Source: Edaphobacter aggregans
GTDB lineage: Bacteria > Acidobacteriota > Terriglobia > Terriglobales > Acidobacteriaceae
Reading direction: 5' to 3'
NCBI RefSeq assembly: GCF_003945235.1
Contig: NZ_RSDW01000001.1
Coordinates: forward strand, 4,500,001-4,532,000
Length of the DNA: 32,000 bases
A program made the translations under genes and the position numbers. Below, one piece after another: positions 8,458 to 17,010 of this stretch. Positions within the stretch are counted from its first letter, which is position 1. Each line of letters opens with the position of its first letter. A model generated the notes under the pieces. That model worked only from the letters and a program-made list of their open reading frames with translations, had not been told where the DNA came from and did not search any database.

Positions 8458-9660
8458 ATGTCACAGCTGTTGAACGACCCAGCCGCTTGTAGCCTCCTAA
8501 CCCGCCGCTCCTTCCTCCGCTCCGCCACGGCAACCCTCGCCGCTGCGCCCATCCTGACTGAAGCGCACTTCGCCCTTGCCGCCGCCCGCGAAGCAGGAGT
8601 GCCCGAGTTCACCATGCAGGGCATCTACCTCGATGCCAACGAGAATCCCCTCGGCCCCTGCGAACACGCTCGCAAAGCCATCGCCGACATCATCCCCAAC
8701 GGCGGCCGCTACGCCCCACCGCTCTACTTCGATCTCATGAAGCTCTACGCCGAGCAGATGGGCGTCCCCGTCGACTACGTCATGGTCTACGACGGCTCCA
8801 GCCCGCCGCTCCACTACTCCGTGCTCGCCTTCACTTCAGCCACGCGAAGCCTCGTCTGTGCCAACCCCACCTACGAAGCAGCGCAGCGCGCCGCCGAGAT
8901 CAATCGGGCTACCGTCCATGCTGTTCCGCTGGCCAAGGACCACTCGCACGACGTTGAGGCCATGCTCAAAGCAGACAACAACCCCGGCGTGATCTATATC
9001 TGCAATCCGAACAACCCCACCGGCACCATCACCAGCAAAGAGCAGATCGACTACGCCGTCGCCAAAAAGCACGGCGACACCATCATCCTCGTCGACGAGG
9101 CATACATTCATCTGTCGGATGCGACCTCGGCCATCGATCACGTCAAAGCCGGCAAGGACGTCGTCATCTTGCGCACGTTCTCGAAGATCTACGGTCTGGC
9201 GGGCATCCGCTGCGGCTTTGCCATCGGTCGCCCAGAGCTCCTCAAGAAGCTTCTTGACTACGGCCAGTCGCCGATGCCGATCACCGGCATGATCGCCGCC
9301 CAGGCCAGCCTCCTGGACACGCAGCTTGTGCCCACGCGTAAGAAGCTCATCGCTGATACGCGCAACAACACCTTCGCGTGGCTCAAGCAGAACGACTACT
9401 CCTTCATCCCGTCGCAGAGCAACTGCTTCATGATCGACGTCAAGCGCCCCGGCGTGCAGATTCGCCAGCTCATGGCACAGGACGGCGTTCACATTGGACG
9501 CAGCTGGTCGGTCTGGCCCACCTACGTCCGCGTCACCGTTGGCCTGCCCTCAGAGATGGACGCCTTCAAGACCTCTTTCAAGAAGGCGATGGACACACCG
9601 GCGACAGCCTTCAACGAAGACCTCCGGGCCAGGCGCAACCGCGACGGTCTCTTCGCTTAG
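8458..9660 (+). CDS. Class I/II PLP-dependent aminotransferase (HisC-like) with a twin-arginine (Tat) signal
   Basis: ATG at 8458 lies 6 nt after AGGAG (8447-8451); the track start at 8353 is unlikely. The N-terminus MSQLLNDPAACSLLTRRSFLRSATATLAAAPILT is a Tat motif. LDANENPLGP, NPNNPTG and the PLP-lysine context FSKIYGLAGIRCG are typical of histidinol-phosphate aminotransferase-like enzymes. Confidence 0.85.
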   Translation: MSQLLNDPAACSLLTRRSFLRSATATLAAAPILTEAHFALAAAREAGVPEFTMQGIYLDANENPLGPCEHARKAIADIIPNGGRYAPPLYFDLMKLYAEQMGVPVDYVMVYDGSSPPLHYSVLAFTSATRSLVCANPTYEAAQRAAEINRATVHAVPLAKDHSHDVEAMLKADNNPGVIYICNPNNPTGTITSKEQIDYAVAKKHGDTIILVDEAYIHLSDATSAIDHVKAGKDVVILRTFSKIYGLAGIRCGFAIGRPELLKKLLDYGQSPMPITGMIAAQASLLDTQLVPTRKKLIADTRNNTFAWLKQNDYSFIPSQSNCFMIDVKRPGVQIRQLMAQDGVHIGRSWSVWPTYVRVTVGLPSEMDAFKTSFKKAMDTPATAFNEDLRARRNRDGLFA

Positions 9661-9738
9661 AATTCAGGGACGCTCCACCATCAGGAGCGTCCCTGCCTTC
9701 TCTGCAAATTATCTTCCGATCATCTTCGATCGTGTCCT

Positions 9739-11454
9739 CTAGAAGCGCTTGAAAGCAACCTCGATCTTCAGGCCCACGGGGACCGGCTTACCGCCGAACA
9801 TGGCAGGTTCGAACCTGTACTGTTTCACGGCGTCAAGGGCGCTTTGGTCAAAGTCCGAACCGAGCGATCGAACGACTTTCAACTGCTCAGGCGAACCCGA
9901 CGCGTTCACGACGAACGAGATGAGGCAGCTGCCGGAGAAATTTTTCTCCGTATGTCCGGGGGGAAATTCAGGCTCAGTCGAGAACACCAGCTTAGGAGCC
10001 GACACTCCTCCGCCAACATGGTAAATAGCGTCTGCGTTGATCTCCTTCCCGGGGGTGGTCGTTTCGTTGGAAACCCGCTCCGCCATCCAGGTCTTCAGAT
10101 TCTTGGGACGGTCCGGCTCGGCGATAAAAAACTCGGCTTTATCCGGCCCCGCCAGAGTCATAATCCAATCGTCGGAGTGCTGCTTATCTCTCGGGTCCTG
10201 CACCACGATATGCAGCACCCTCCCTGCGAAGAAAGTGCGCGCGATCGGAGAGATTCCAGGCTCAAGGGCTGCATCCATCGTGCCATCTGCGTCATTTATG
10301 AGGAAGGCATTCGTCATGTAGCCAGAGAAGTGGTCTCCCTCCGGCACCAGCACCATCGTGATGAACGGCTTGCCCTTGAACATCCAATGCCACGTTCCGG
10401 CAAAAGGCTTCAACTCCTCGGAGACAATAGCCGCAGGCTGAAAATTGAACGCGGAAGCTGCAAGGCAAGACGCTCCAAAGAGCATAGAACAGCAGGTTAC
10501 GATCATCACCGTTGCGAGCCTGCTGAGGCGAGGTCCTCGATCGATCAGCGTAATCACTCGTTTCTCGAGATTGTGACCCTCAAAGATTCCCAGTGCCGGT
10601 GCAGGAGCGGACGCCGATGAAAGAGATTCCGCAATCCGTATCAGGGAACGGGCATAGACCGCCGTATTGCCAAGCTCGTTCGCTGCCAACTCATCGCATA
10701 CCAGTTCACGCGAGTCCGCGATGCGAGACCGCAGCATACGAGTCATAGGATGGTAAACGATAGGAATCGCCAGCACTTCATACAAGATGTTCCAGAGAAA
10801 GTCGCATCTCTGAATATGAGCCGACTCATGCGCAAAAATGGCGGCAAACTCGTGTTCCGATGCAGTCAAAAGCAAACCAGATGGCAGCAACACCACTGGT
10901 CGTTTTGCGCCCAGAGTGGCCGGCGTCGCTATCTGATTAGAGATCAGCAGAGACGATTTGGTGAGTCCAAAGCGCGCCTGCGATGTCTTCCATAGCTCAT
11001 CGATGGCGTCGGGTAGCACGGCCGTTCGTCCGCCACGAACGATTGTCAGGGTGCGCCGCCATCCCCACGCCAAACTAGCCATGCGGTAAAGAACGAAACC
11101 CATCCAGATCAGGATCACTGCATTCGCCGCACTAGCTGCAAACCAGCTTGAGCTTTGGTGAGCACCGAAGGAACTCACGGCGCTCTCGCCATCCAGAAAC
11201 AGGGTCATCGTCGGAGCAGCCTTCGAGCGCAGATGTCCTGAAGCAGGATGAGCCAGGAAGGTAAACCATCCGCTGGCACTCGCGAGCGGCAGCAGAAACG
11301 CCGCGACCAGCGCCGCAACCCACAGGCGATGCTGGATGGAAAAGCTCCCTTTACGCAGCAACGCCATACAACCAACTGCGACGATTGCCACCAACGGCAC
11401 CTGCCAGATCGAATTCAAAATGTAGGTCAGCACAAAGCGATGAAGGTCACTCAT
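9739..11454 (-). CDS. M56 (BlaR1-like) membrane metallopeptidase fused to a C-terminal TonB domain
   Basis: 571 aa. The N-terminal BlaR1-type TM region carries the HEXXH motif (FAHESAHIQRCD). The C-terminal ~85 aa (VSAPKLVFSTEPEFP...FEPAMFGGKPVPVGLKIEVAFKRF) match the TonB_C pattern. The start ATGAGTGA overlaps the stop of the upstream repressor gene by 8 nt. Confidence 0.85.
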   Translation of the reverse strand: MSDLHRFVLTYILNSIWQVPLVAIVAVGCMALLRKGSFSIQHRLWVAALVAAFLLPLASASGWFTFLAHPASGHLRSKAAPTMTLFLDGESAVSSFGAHQSSSWFAASAANAVILIWMGFVLYRMASLAWGWRRTLTIVRGGRTAVLPDAIDELWKTSQARFGLTKSSLLISNQIATPATLGAKRPVVLLPSGLLLTASEHEFAAIFAHESAHIQRCDFLWNILYEVLAIPIVYHPMTRMLRSRIADSRELVCDELAANELGNTAVYARSLIRIAESLSSASAPAPALGIFEGHNLEKRVITLIDRGPRLSRLATVMIVTCCSMLFGASCLAASAFNFQPAAIVSEELKPFAGTWHWMFKGKPFITMVLVPEGDHFSGYMTNAFLINDADGTMDAALEPGISPIARTFFAGRVLHIVVQDPRDKQHSDDWIMTLAGPDKAEFFIAEPDRPKNLKTWMAERVSNETTTPGKEINADAIYHVGGGVSAPKLVFSTEPEFPPGHTEKNFSGSCLISFVVNASGSPEQLKVVRSLGSDFDQSALDAVKQYRFEPAMFGGKPVPVGLKIEVAFKRF

Positions 11455-11860
11455 GGTTCTTCTCCTTTTGTTGCCGGGCTTCTTCGCGCGTCAGTCGTTC
11501 AGTCAGCTCGGCAAGTTTCTCCGGGCTCAGTTGACGATCTTTGAGTAGATTCATGAGCAGCGCGTCGACAGACCCGCCGAACATACGATCCAGCATGTCT
11601 CTCACTGCATGGCGGCTCGCAGCTTCGTGGGTCACAACAGCCTTGTATTCGTAGGCTCTCCCGCGAAGCCTGCGTCGCACCTTCTTCTTGCGTTCGAGAA
11701 CATTCAGCATGGTCTGCACCGTGGTGTACGCGAGCGGTGGATCGCTGTTCAATGCCTCCTGCACCGTCTGAACATTACTCGGCCCGTTCGCCCAGAGCAC
11801 CTGCATGATCTGGAGTTCAAGCTGAGTCAGCAGATCGGATGGCCCTTTTCGTTCCGCCAT
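11447..11860 (-). CDS. BlaI/MecI/CopY family transcriptional repressor
   Basis: 137 aa. The winged-helix N-terminus LTQLELQIMQVLWANGPSNVQTVQEAL...YTTVQTMLNVLERKKKV and a C-terminal dimerisation helix are present. AGGAGG RBS lies 3 nt upstream of the ATG. It appears translationally coupled to the M56 gene. Confidence 0.9.
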   Translation of the reverse strand: MAERKGPSDLLTQLELQIMQVLWANGPSNVQTVQEALNSDPPLAYTTVQTMLNVLERKKKVRRRLRGRAYEYKAVVTHEAASRHAVRDMLDRMFGGSVDALLMNLLKDRQLSPEKLAELTERLTREEARQQKEKNHE

Positions 11861-11865
11861 GAGTC

Positions 11866-11883
11866 CTCCTAATGAATTAGGAG
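11866..11883. promoter_or_regulatory. 18-bp palindrome CTCCTAAT-GA-ATTAGGAG, a candidate BlaI operator
   Basis: Perfect 8-bp inverted repeat with a 2-bp spacer, immediately upstream of the blaI-like start and embedding its RBS. Additional ATTAGG half-sites occur at 11884-11889 and 11921-11926. Confidence 0.4.
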
Positions 11884-11910
11884 ATTAGGCCACAGTTATA
11901 CGTCTGTCAA
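11882..11910 (-). promoter_or_regulatory. Putative sigma-70 type promoter of the blaI-like/M56 operon
   Basis: On the minus strand: TTGACA (11910-11905), a 17-nt spacer, then TAATCT (11887-11882). The -35 is perfect and the -10 is weak (3/6). Confidence 0.35.
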
Positions 11911-11927
11911 CTACTAAATAATTAGGA

Positions 11928-11990
11928 ATAAATTTAAAAATGAAACCGGAGCATCCATACGCTCAGCCTGCCATGTGTATGCTCCGGTTT
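11928..11990 (-). terminator. Rho-independent terminator of the Gfo/Idh/MocA + PmoA-like operon
   Basis: Perfect 12-bp arms aaaccggagcat (11943-11954) and atgctccggttt (11979-11990). On the minus strand they are followed by catttttaaattt. Confidence 0.7.
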
Positions 11991-11996
11991 GTAAGC

Positions 11997-13043
11997 CTAG
12001 GCCGCCCCCTCAAATGCAGCCTGCTGCTGATTCATCTCCGTAGCATCTGCCGCATGATCCATCACAATCACCCGATACCGAAACGTCGCGCTCTGACCCT
12101 TCTCGATCGTGTAGTCCAACTGTGCCGCCTTCGGATCGAAGATCTTCTGCCCCAGCGGATTCGCCGCGAACAACCCATATCCACGCGCATGCCAATACGT
12201 CGGATAATTCGGATTCTTCGTATGGTCGAGAATCGCAATGCTCTCCACATGACCATCAGCATCGGTGCCGGTCAACTCGCACCACTTCCCGCGCGTCGAC
12301 CAGACAGCGTCGCCCTTCTTGCCTTCGCTCGTTAGATAAACTCCCGTCGCTCCAGCTGTTCCACTCGCAACAGGAGTAGGCCGGCCACTAGCATCGGCAA
12401 ACGTCCCGCCCTTCTCCGTAGCCGACTCCAAAAAGTGAGCCACACGAATCCCCAGCAGTCCCTCCTTGTCATCGTGGAAGACAACCTTGTCCAGCGCTGT
12501 CAGCGTGACCTCAGTATCGATATACCGGGCATCGCCCTTCTGCCAGAACACATACTTCGTCGTCTGCTTCAGCACATCCTTGCCGCTGCCCGCAGTCCAC
12601 AGGGACTCGACCTCAAGCTCGCCCTTAGCACCACTCTTCGCAGAGACGATCTTCTGGTGATGGATCGACCCCATCTTCCCACGATCCTCTGGCTTGATCG
12701 CGTCCGAGTTGTTCCAGAAGTCGAACCCGTCCACATTGCCGTAGTTGAACCACATCCCCGCATGATGCGGATGATCCACCCGCTCCCCATCCCGCGGAGC
12801 CAGCGGATACCCACGCGTCACCGTCACGCCATCCGCCGCAATCAGCGGATAGAGCACCGGCTTCTTCAGCGTCGAGGGCCACACGTACGAAGTAAAGGGC
12901 TTCCCGTCGATCGTGATGTCGACTCGCTGATGGCTCTCATCAGCCACCACCTGGACGCCCTTCGCCGCCGCATTCGCTACACTCATTGCACTCATGACCA
13001 GCGCACAGCCAAGCAGCAACCTACGCATAGACCTTGCCCCCAA
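11997..13043 (-). CDS. PmoA-like family protein (DUF6807 / PF14100), secreted
   Basis: 348 aa with a signal peptide (MRRLLLGCALVMSAMSVANAAA). Family-typical segments are IDGKPFTSYVWPSTLKKPVLYPL, GYPLAPRDGERVDHPHHAGMWFNYGNVDGFDFWNNS and NPNYPTYWHARGYGLFAANP. It overlaps the upstream oxidoreductase gene by 23 nt. Confidence 0.75.
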   Translation of the reverse strand: MGARSMRRLLLGCALVMSAMSVANAAAKGVQVVADESHQRVDITIDGKPFTSYVWPSTLKKPVLYPLIAADGVTVTRGYPLAPRDGERVDHPHHAGMWFNYGNVDGFDFWNNSDAIKPEDRGKMGSIHHQKIVSAKSGAKGELEVESLWTAGSGKDVLKQTTKYVFWQKGDARYIDTEVTLTALDKVVFHDDKEGLLGIRVAHFLESATEKGGTFADASGRPTPVASGTAGATGVYLTSEGKKGDAVWSTRGKWCELTGTDADGHVESIAILDHTKNPNYPTYWHARGYGLFAANPLGQKIFDPKAAQLDYTIEKGQSATFRYRVIVMDHAADATEMNQQQAAFEGAA

Positions 13044-14376
13044 CCATCACCTGCTGCGTCTTATCGTTGAAGGTTACCTTCTGCCCGGTCTGGATCGCCG
13101 CAATGTTCATGCACAGCGCGACAGAGTGGCTATATCCTGCGTCAACACTGGCGTTAGGTGTCTTGCGCGAGCGGACGCACTCCATCCAGTTGCGCATGTT
13201 GGCCGAGGTCTGATTATCTGCTCCCGTATTAGCCGAAGTGGACGTCTCTTCTACCGCCTTGCTCAGCGAAAAAGGTTCCAACAGGTTAGCTTCCATCTTC
13301 ATCTCGGCCGCCGACTTCGCCGTCAAACCGCCCGTCGGAGTCACCGTCTGCTTATCCATATCCAGCATTCCTGCGTTCGAGTAGTACAACTCCTTCACCC
13401 CGCCCGCAGAGTTCGTAAACCGCGACGAATACTGCACCTGGAAGCCTTTCGTCAGATCATCCTCCGGGCCGTAGTCGAAGACTGCCGTCATGGTATCCCA
13501 GTTCTTGCGGCCGTCATGCCAGAGATAGTTGCCCCCATTCGCGACTACGCTGCGTGGATGCGGATACCCACTGAACCAGTGCACCGTATCAATCTGGTGC
13601 ACCAGCCACTGGTCCGGAATTCCCGACGAGTAAGGCCAGAACAGCCGGAACTCAAGATATTTCCGTGCATCGAACGGCTCATGGGGAAGGTCCAGCAGGT
13701 AACGCTTCCAATCAGTGTCTTCCTCTTTAAGCAGAGGCACCACATCCGGACGCCGCCACCGTCCCGGCTGGTTCACGTTCCACGTCATCTCCACCATTAC
13801 GATGTCGCCGAACTTGCCCGACTTGATGTACTCGTATGCCTTCTGATAACTCGGAGTGCTCCTCCGTTGCGTTCCAATCTGCACCACCTGTTTGCTGGCA
13901 TGAACCGTATCGCGAATTGCCCGCGCGTCCTTCATCGTGTGCGCCAGCGGCTTCTCGACATAGGCGTCGCGTCCCGCCTTCACTGCCTCCACGCCATGCT
14001 GCGCATGCTGAAAGTCCGCCGTAGCAATCAGCACCGCATCCACATCATTGCGGGCGTACAGTTCGTCATTGTTCCGAACCGTATCGACCTTTGTGCCGCA
14101 TATTTTCTGGATATACGCCACGCCATCCTCGCGCCGTTTATTCCACAAGTCCGAGATCGCCACGAACTCAAAGTTCATCTCCTTGGCATGTATATGGAAC
14201 GAGGGAATCAGGGCCTGCTTCATCCGATCGCCGCACCCCACCACACCGACGCGAACGCGATCGTTGGCTCCCACAATCTTTGCGTAGCTCGTTGCATTCC
14301 AAGTCGCAACTGTACCCGCGACCGCCGCGCCTATCTTCACAAACTCCCGCCGACTCTTATCCTGCAGTGCCATCAA
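13021..14376 (-). CDS. Gfo/Idh/MocA family oxidoreductase with a Tat signal
   Basis: 451 aa. The Tat-like N-terminus is KSRREFVKIGAAVAGTVA and the Rossmann start is VRVGVVGCGDRM; the central region is typical Gfo/Idh/MocA. GGGAGG RBS lies upstream. Confidence 0.9.
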   Translation of the reverse strand: MMALQDKSRREFVKIGAAVAGTVATWNATSYAKIVGANDRVRVGVVGCGDRMKQALIPSFHIHAKEMNFEFVAISDLWNKRREDGVAYIQKICGTKVDTVRNNDELYARNDVDAVLIATADFQHAQHGVEAVKAGRDAYVEKPLAHTMKDARAIRDTVHASKQVVQIGTQRRSTPSYQKAYEYIKSGKFGDIVMVEMTWNVNQPGRWRRPDVVPLLKEEDTDWKRYLLDLPHEPFDARKYLEFRLFWPYSSGIPDQWLVHQIDTVHWFSGYPHPRSVVANGGNYLWHDGRKNWDTMTAVFDYGPEDDLTKGFQVQYSSRFTNSAGGVKELYYSNAGMLDMDKQTVTPTGGLTAKSAAEMKMEANLLEPFSLSKAVEETSTSANTGADNQTSANMRNWMECVRSRKTPNASVDAGYSHSVALCMNIAAIQTGQKVTFNDKTQQVMVGGKVYA

Positions 14377-14650
14377 TTCCTCCCGCGTACATTGCTTTCA
14401 TGTGCGACCGCAGTCCTTCACCGCCGAAAATCAGGACTATCTGGTGGCGTGCGAAAGTGTACAGAATCCGCAAGAGGTCTGGCCACTAAAAGAAGAATTC
14501 GATCGATAATCGAACGGCCATGATCGGCGCTAAAGCCCTTGCGACTCAAATAGAGGTGATATTAGAGGCTTTATGCCTGCCATAAACTCCGAACAAGCAA
14601 CTAATCCCACGAATGGTATATCCATTCCTCACCGGCTCGCGACGAATGAT

Positions 14651-14806
14651 TTAGTGCCGCTTGAAATACTGAATCGCCCGCTCATGCTGCTCTGCCTTCT
14701 CGCGGCTAGCAAACGTCCCCAGATTCTTCCGTTTCCCCGTCTTCGGATCCACATGACGCGAATAAATTCGGAACTCGCCCGTCTTCAATTTACGAATCAT
14801 CACCAT
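14651..14806 (-). CDS. Small basic conserved hypothetical protein (about 49-51 aa)
   Basis: M(VM)IRKLKTGEFRIYSRHVDPKTGKRKNLGTFASREKAEQHERAIQYFKRH. GAGGAGA sits directly upstream of ATG 14806, and the spacing favours the ATG at 14800. The longer track ORF (start 14872) would overlap the mutL leader and looks unlikely. Confidence 0.6.
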   Translation of the reverse strand: MVMIRKLKTGEFRIYSRHVDPKTGKRKNLGTFASREKAEQHERAIQYFKRH

Positions 14807-14880
14807 TCTCCTCGTCCGTTTAAGATGCCTGCGGTTTGGCCCTCGTTTTCCGCACATCCTCTGGCCATACAATCGACCCT

Positions 14881-16863
14881 ATGGGCCGCATCCGTATCCT
14901 CTCCGACCTGGTAGCCAACCAGATCGCTGCCGGCGAAGTCGTCGAGCGTCCCGCCTCCGTCGTCAAAGAGCTCCTCGAAAACTCCCTTGACGCCGGAGCC
15001 ACCCGCATCCGCATCGAGGTCGAAGCCGGAGGCCGCAAGCTGATCCGCATCGCCGACAACGGCCACGGCATGGTCAAGGACGACGCCCTCCTCGCCTTCG
15101 AACGCCACGCCACCAGCAAGCTCCGCACCTCCGACGACCTCCTCTCCATTGCCACGCTAGGCTTCCGCGGCGAAGCCCTCCCATCCATCGCCTCTGTCTC
15201 CCGCCTCACCCTCGAGACGCGCTCCTCCGAAGACGACTCCGGCACCGTAGTCGAGATCGCCGGCGGCAACATCCTCCGCGTCGAAGACGCCGGTCTCCCC
15301 ACCGGAACCACGATCACCATCCGCGACCTCTTCTTCAACACTCCCGCTCGCCGCAAATTCCTCAAGTCCGAGCAGACAGAGCTCTCCCACATCGCCGCCC
15401 TCGTCACCCACTACGCCCTCGCTCACCCGACAAAACACTTCGAGCTGCACTCTGCGACGCAAGCCTTGCTCATCGCACCCGCTGTACCCAACGCAGCTGA
15501 CCGCCTCTTCCAGATCTTCGGCAAAGACACCTCCAACTTCATGCTCCCCACCGCCGCCGAGCTCGACTTCACCCGCGCCGGTCTGCCCGAGCCGCCCCCC
15601 TGGAAACGCGAGATCGACTACACCCCGCCCGACCCCGGCTACCTCCGCATCACCGGCTTCGTCTCCAAGCCCGAACTGCAAAAACTCAACCGCAACGCCA
15701 TCTACGTCTTCGTCAACCAGCGCCTCGTCCGCGACAAACTCATCCTCCACGCCCTCACCGAGGCCTACCGCAACATCATCCCGCCCACATCGTTCCCGGT
15801 AGTCCTTCTCTTTCTCGAGATGCCCCCGCAAGAGGTCGACGTCAACGTCCACCCTGCGAAGACCGAAGTCCGTTTCCGTCAATCCGCCTTCGTCCATGAC
15901 TTCGTCCGCGACACCGTCCGCACCGTTCTCATGCAGGCTCGCCCTGCCGCCAGTTTCGCCACCGCCCTCAACAGTCCCCACGGCCCCGAAAGCTCGCTCC
16001 TAATCGACGTAAGCCCCCTACCCGGCGGCCCCGAACCACCCATCTTCGATCCCACCCGCGAGGCTGTCAGTTTCGACTCCGCTGATGCAACCGATACGGC
16101 TCAATGGGAGCCAACAAGCTCAGGCATCACCACTAAATCCCCTGGTCTCACCCTGGCCGCCCCGATGGTCCCCCCGTCCCCCGGACGCTTCGCCTTCCCC
16201 GGCCACTCCATCCCCGTAGGCTACGACACTACCGAGCCCACCTACGAACCCGCCACCCCACAACAAGCCGACACACTCTACGCGCTCACCACCCTCAAGC
16301 CTCTCGGCCAACTTCGAGACTCTTTCATCCTCGCCACCAACGAAGAAGGCCTCTGGATCATCGATCAGCACGTAGCCCACGAGCGCATCCTCTTCGAAAA
16401 AGTCCTACGCGAGCGCGACACAGAACAGGTCCAGCGCCAGCGACTCCTCATGCCCCTGCTCATCGATCTCCTCCCCGCCCAGATGATCACCTTCGCCGAG
16501 ATCGCCGAAGAGCTCGAGCGCAACGGCTTCGAAGCCGAACCCTTCGGTCCCCGAACCCTCGCCATCAAAGCCGCACCCGTAGGCCTCGAAGGCACTGAAC
16601 TCGAACGCATGCTCGAAGAGGTCCTGGCCGTCCCCGACCGCAACCAGCAAACCGAAAACTCCGAAGCCCGCCGCCGCCGCATCGCCGCCAGCATCGCCTG
16701 CCACGCCGCCATCAAAATCAACCAGCCCCTCGACGCCGCCAAGATCGACTGGCTCCTCAAAGAATTAGCCAAAACCGAACACCCCACCGCCTGCCCCCAC
16801 GGCCGCCCCATCGCCCTCCGCTACTCCCACAAAGACATAGCCAAAGCCTTCCAGAGAATCTAA
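14881..16863 (+). CDS. mutL: DNA mismatch repair endonuclease MutL
   Basis: ATG at 14881 gives MGRIRILSDLVANQIAAGEVVERPASVVKELLENSLDAG, the GHKL ATPase N-terminus. The C-terminal endonuclease motifs DQHVAHERILFE, ACHAAIK and CPHGRP are present. Confidence 0.95.
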   Translation: MGRIRILSDLVANQIAAGEVVERPASVVKELLENSLDAGATRIRIEVEAGGRKLIRIADNGHGMVKDDALLAFERHATSKLRTSDDLLSIATLGFRGEALPSIASVSRLTLETRSSEDDSGTVVEIAGGNILRVEDAGLPTGTTITIRDLFFNTPARRKFLKSEQTELSHIAALVTHYALAHPTKHFELHSATQALLIAPAVPNAADRLFQIFGKDTSNFMLPTAAELDFTRAGLPEPPPWKREIDYTPPDPGYLRITGFVSKPELQKLNRNAIYVFVNQRLVRDKLILHALTEAYRNIIPPTSFPVVLLFLEMPPQEVDVNVHPAKTEVRFRQSAFVHDFVRDTVRTVLMQARPAASFATALNSPHGPESSLLIDVSPLPGGPEPPIFDPTREAVSFDSADATDTAQWEPTSSGITTKSPGLTLAAPMVPPSPGRFAFPGHSIPVGYDTTEPTYEPATPQQADTLYALTTLKPLGQLRDSFILATNEEGLWIIDQHVAHERILFEKVLRERDTEQVQRQRLLMPLLIDLLPAQMITFAEIAEELERNGFEAEPFGPRTLAIKAAPVGLEGTELERMLEEVLAVPDRNQQTENSEARRRRIAASIACHAAIKINQPLDAAKIDWLLKELAKTEHPTACPHGRPIALRYSHKDIAKAFQRI

Positions 16864-17010
16864 TGTCTTTGCATTCTGTGTGAAATCAGCTCTCTGCTGG
16901 TACCCGTCTTCCGCAGCACCTTGGAAAGCGGTATGCTGACCTCGGAAAACGTCGCAGCAAGACAGATCCTACGGGCCTTGTTCAGAGATGACACGTGTCC
17001 TGGAGGTTTT

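Noticed and set aside
12994-14523. 509-aa + strand ORF
   Set aside because: It is antisense to the strongly supported Gfo/Idh/MocA gene, R/L/H-rich, and has no recognisable domain.
14820-16811. Several 86-274-aa minus-strand ORFs
   Set aside because: All are antisense to mutL and are shadow ORFs. The 14651-14872 track ORF was kept only in its shortened form.
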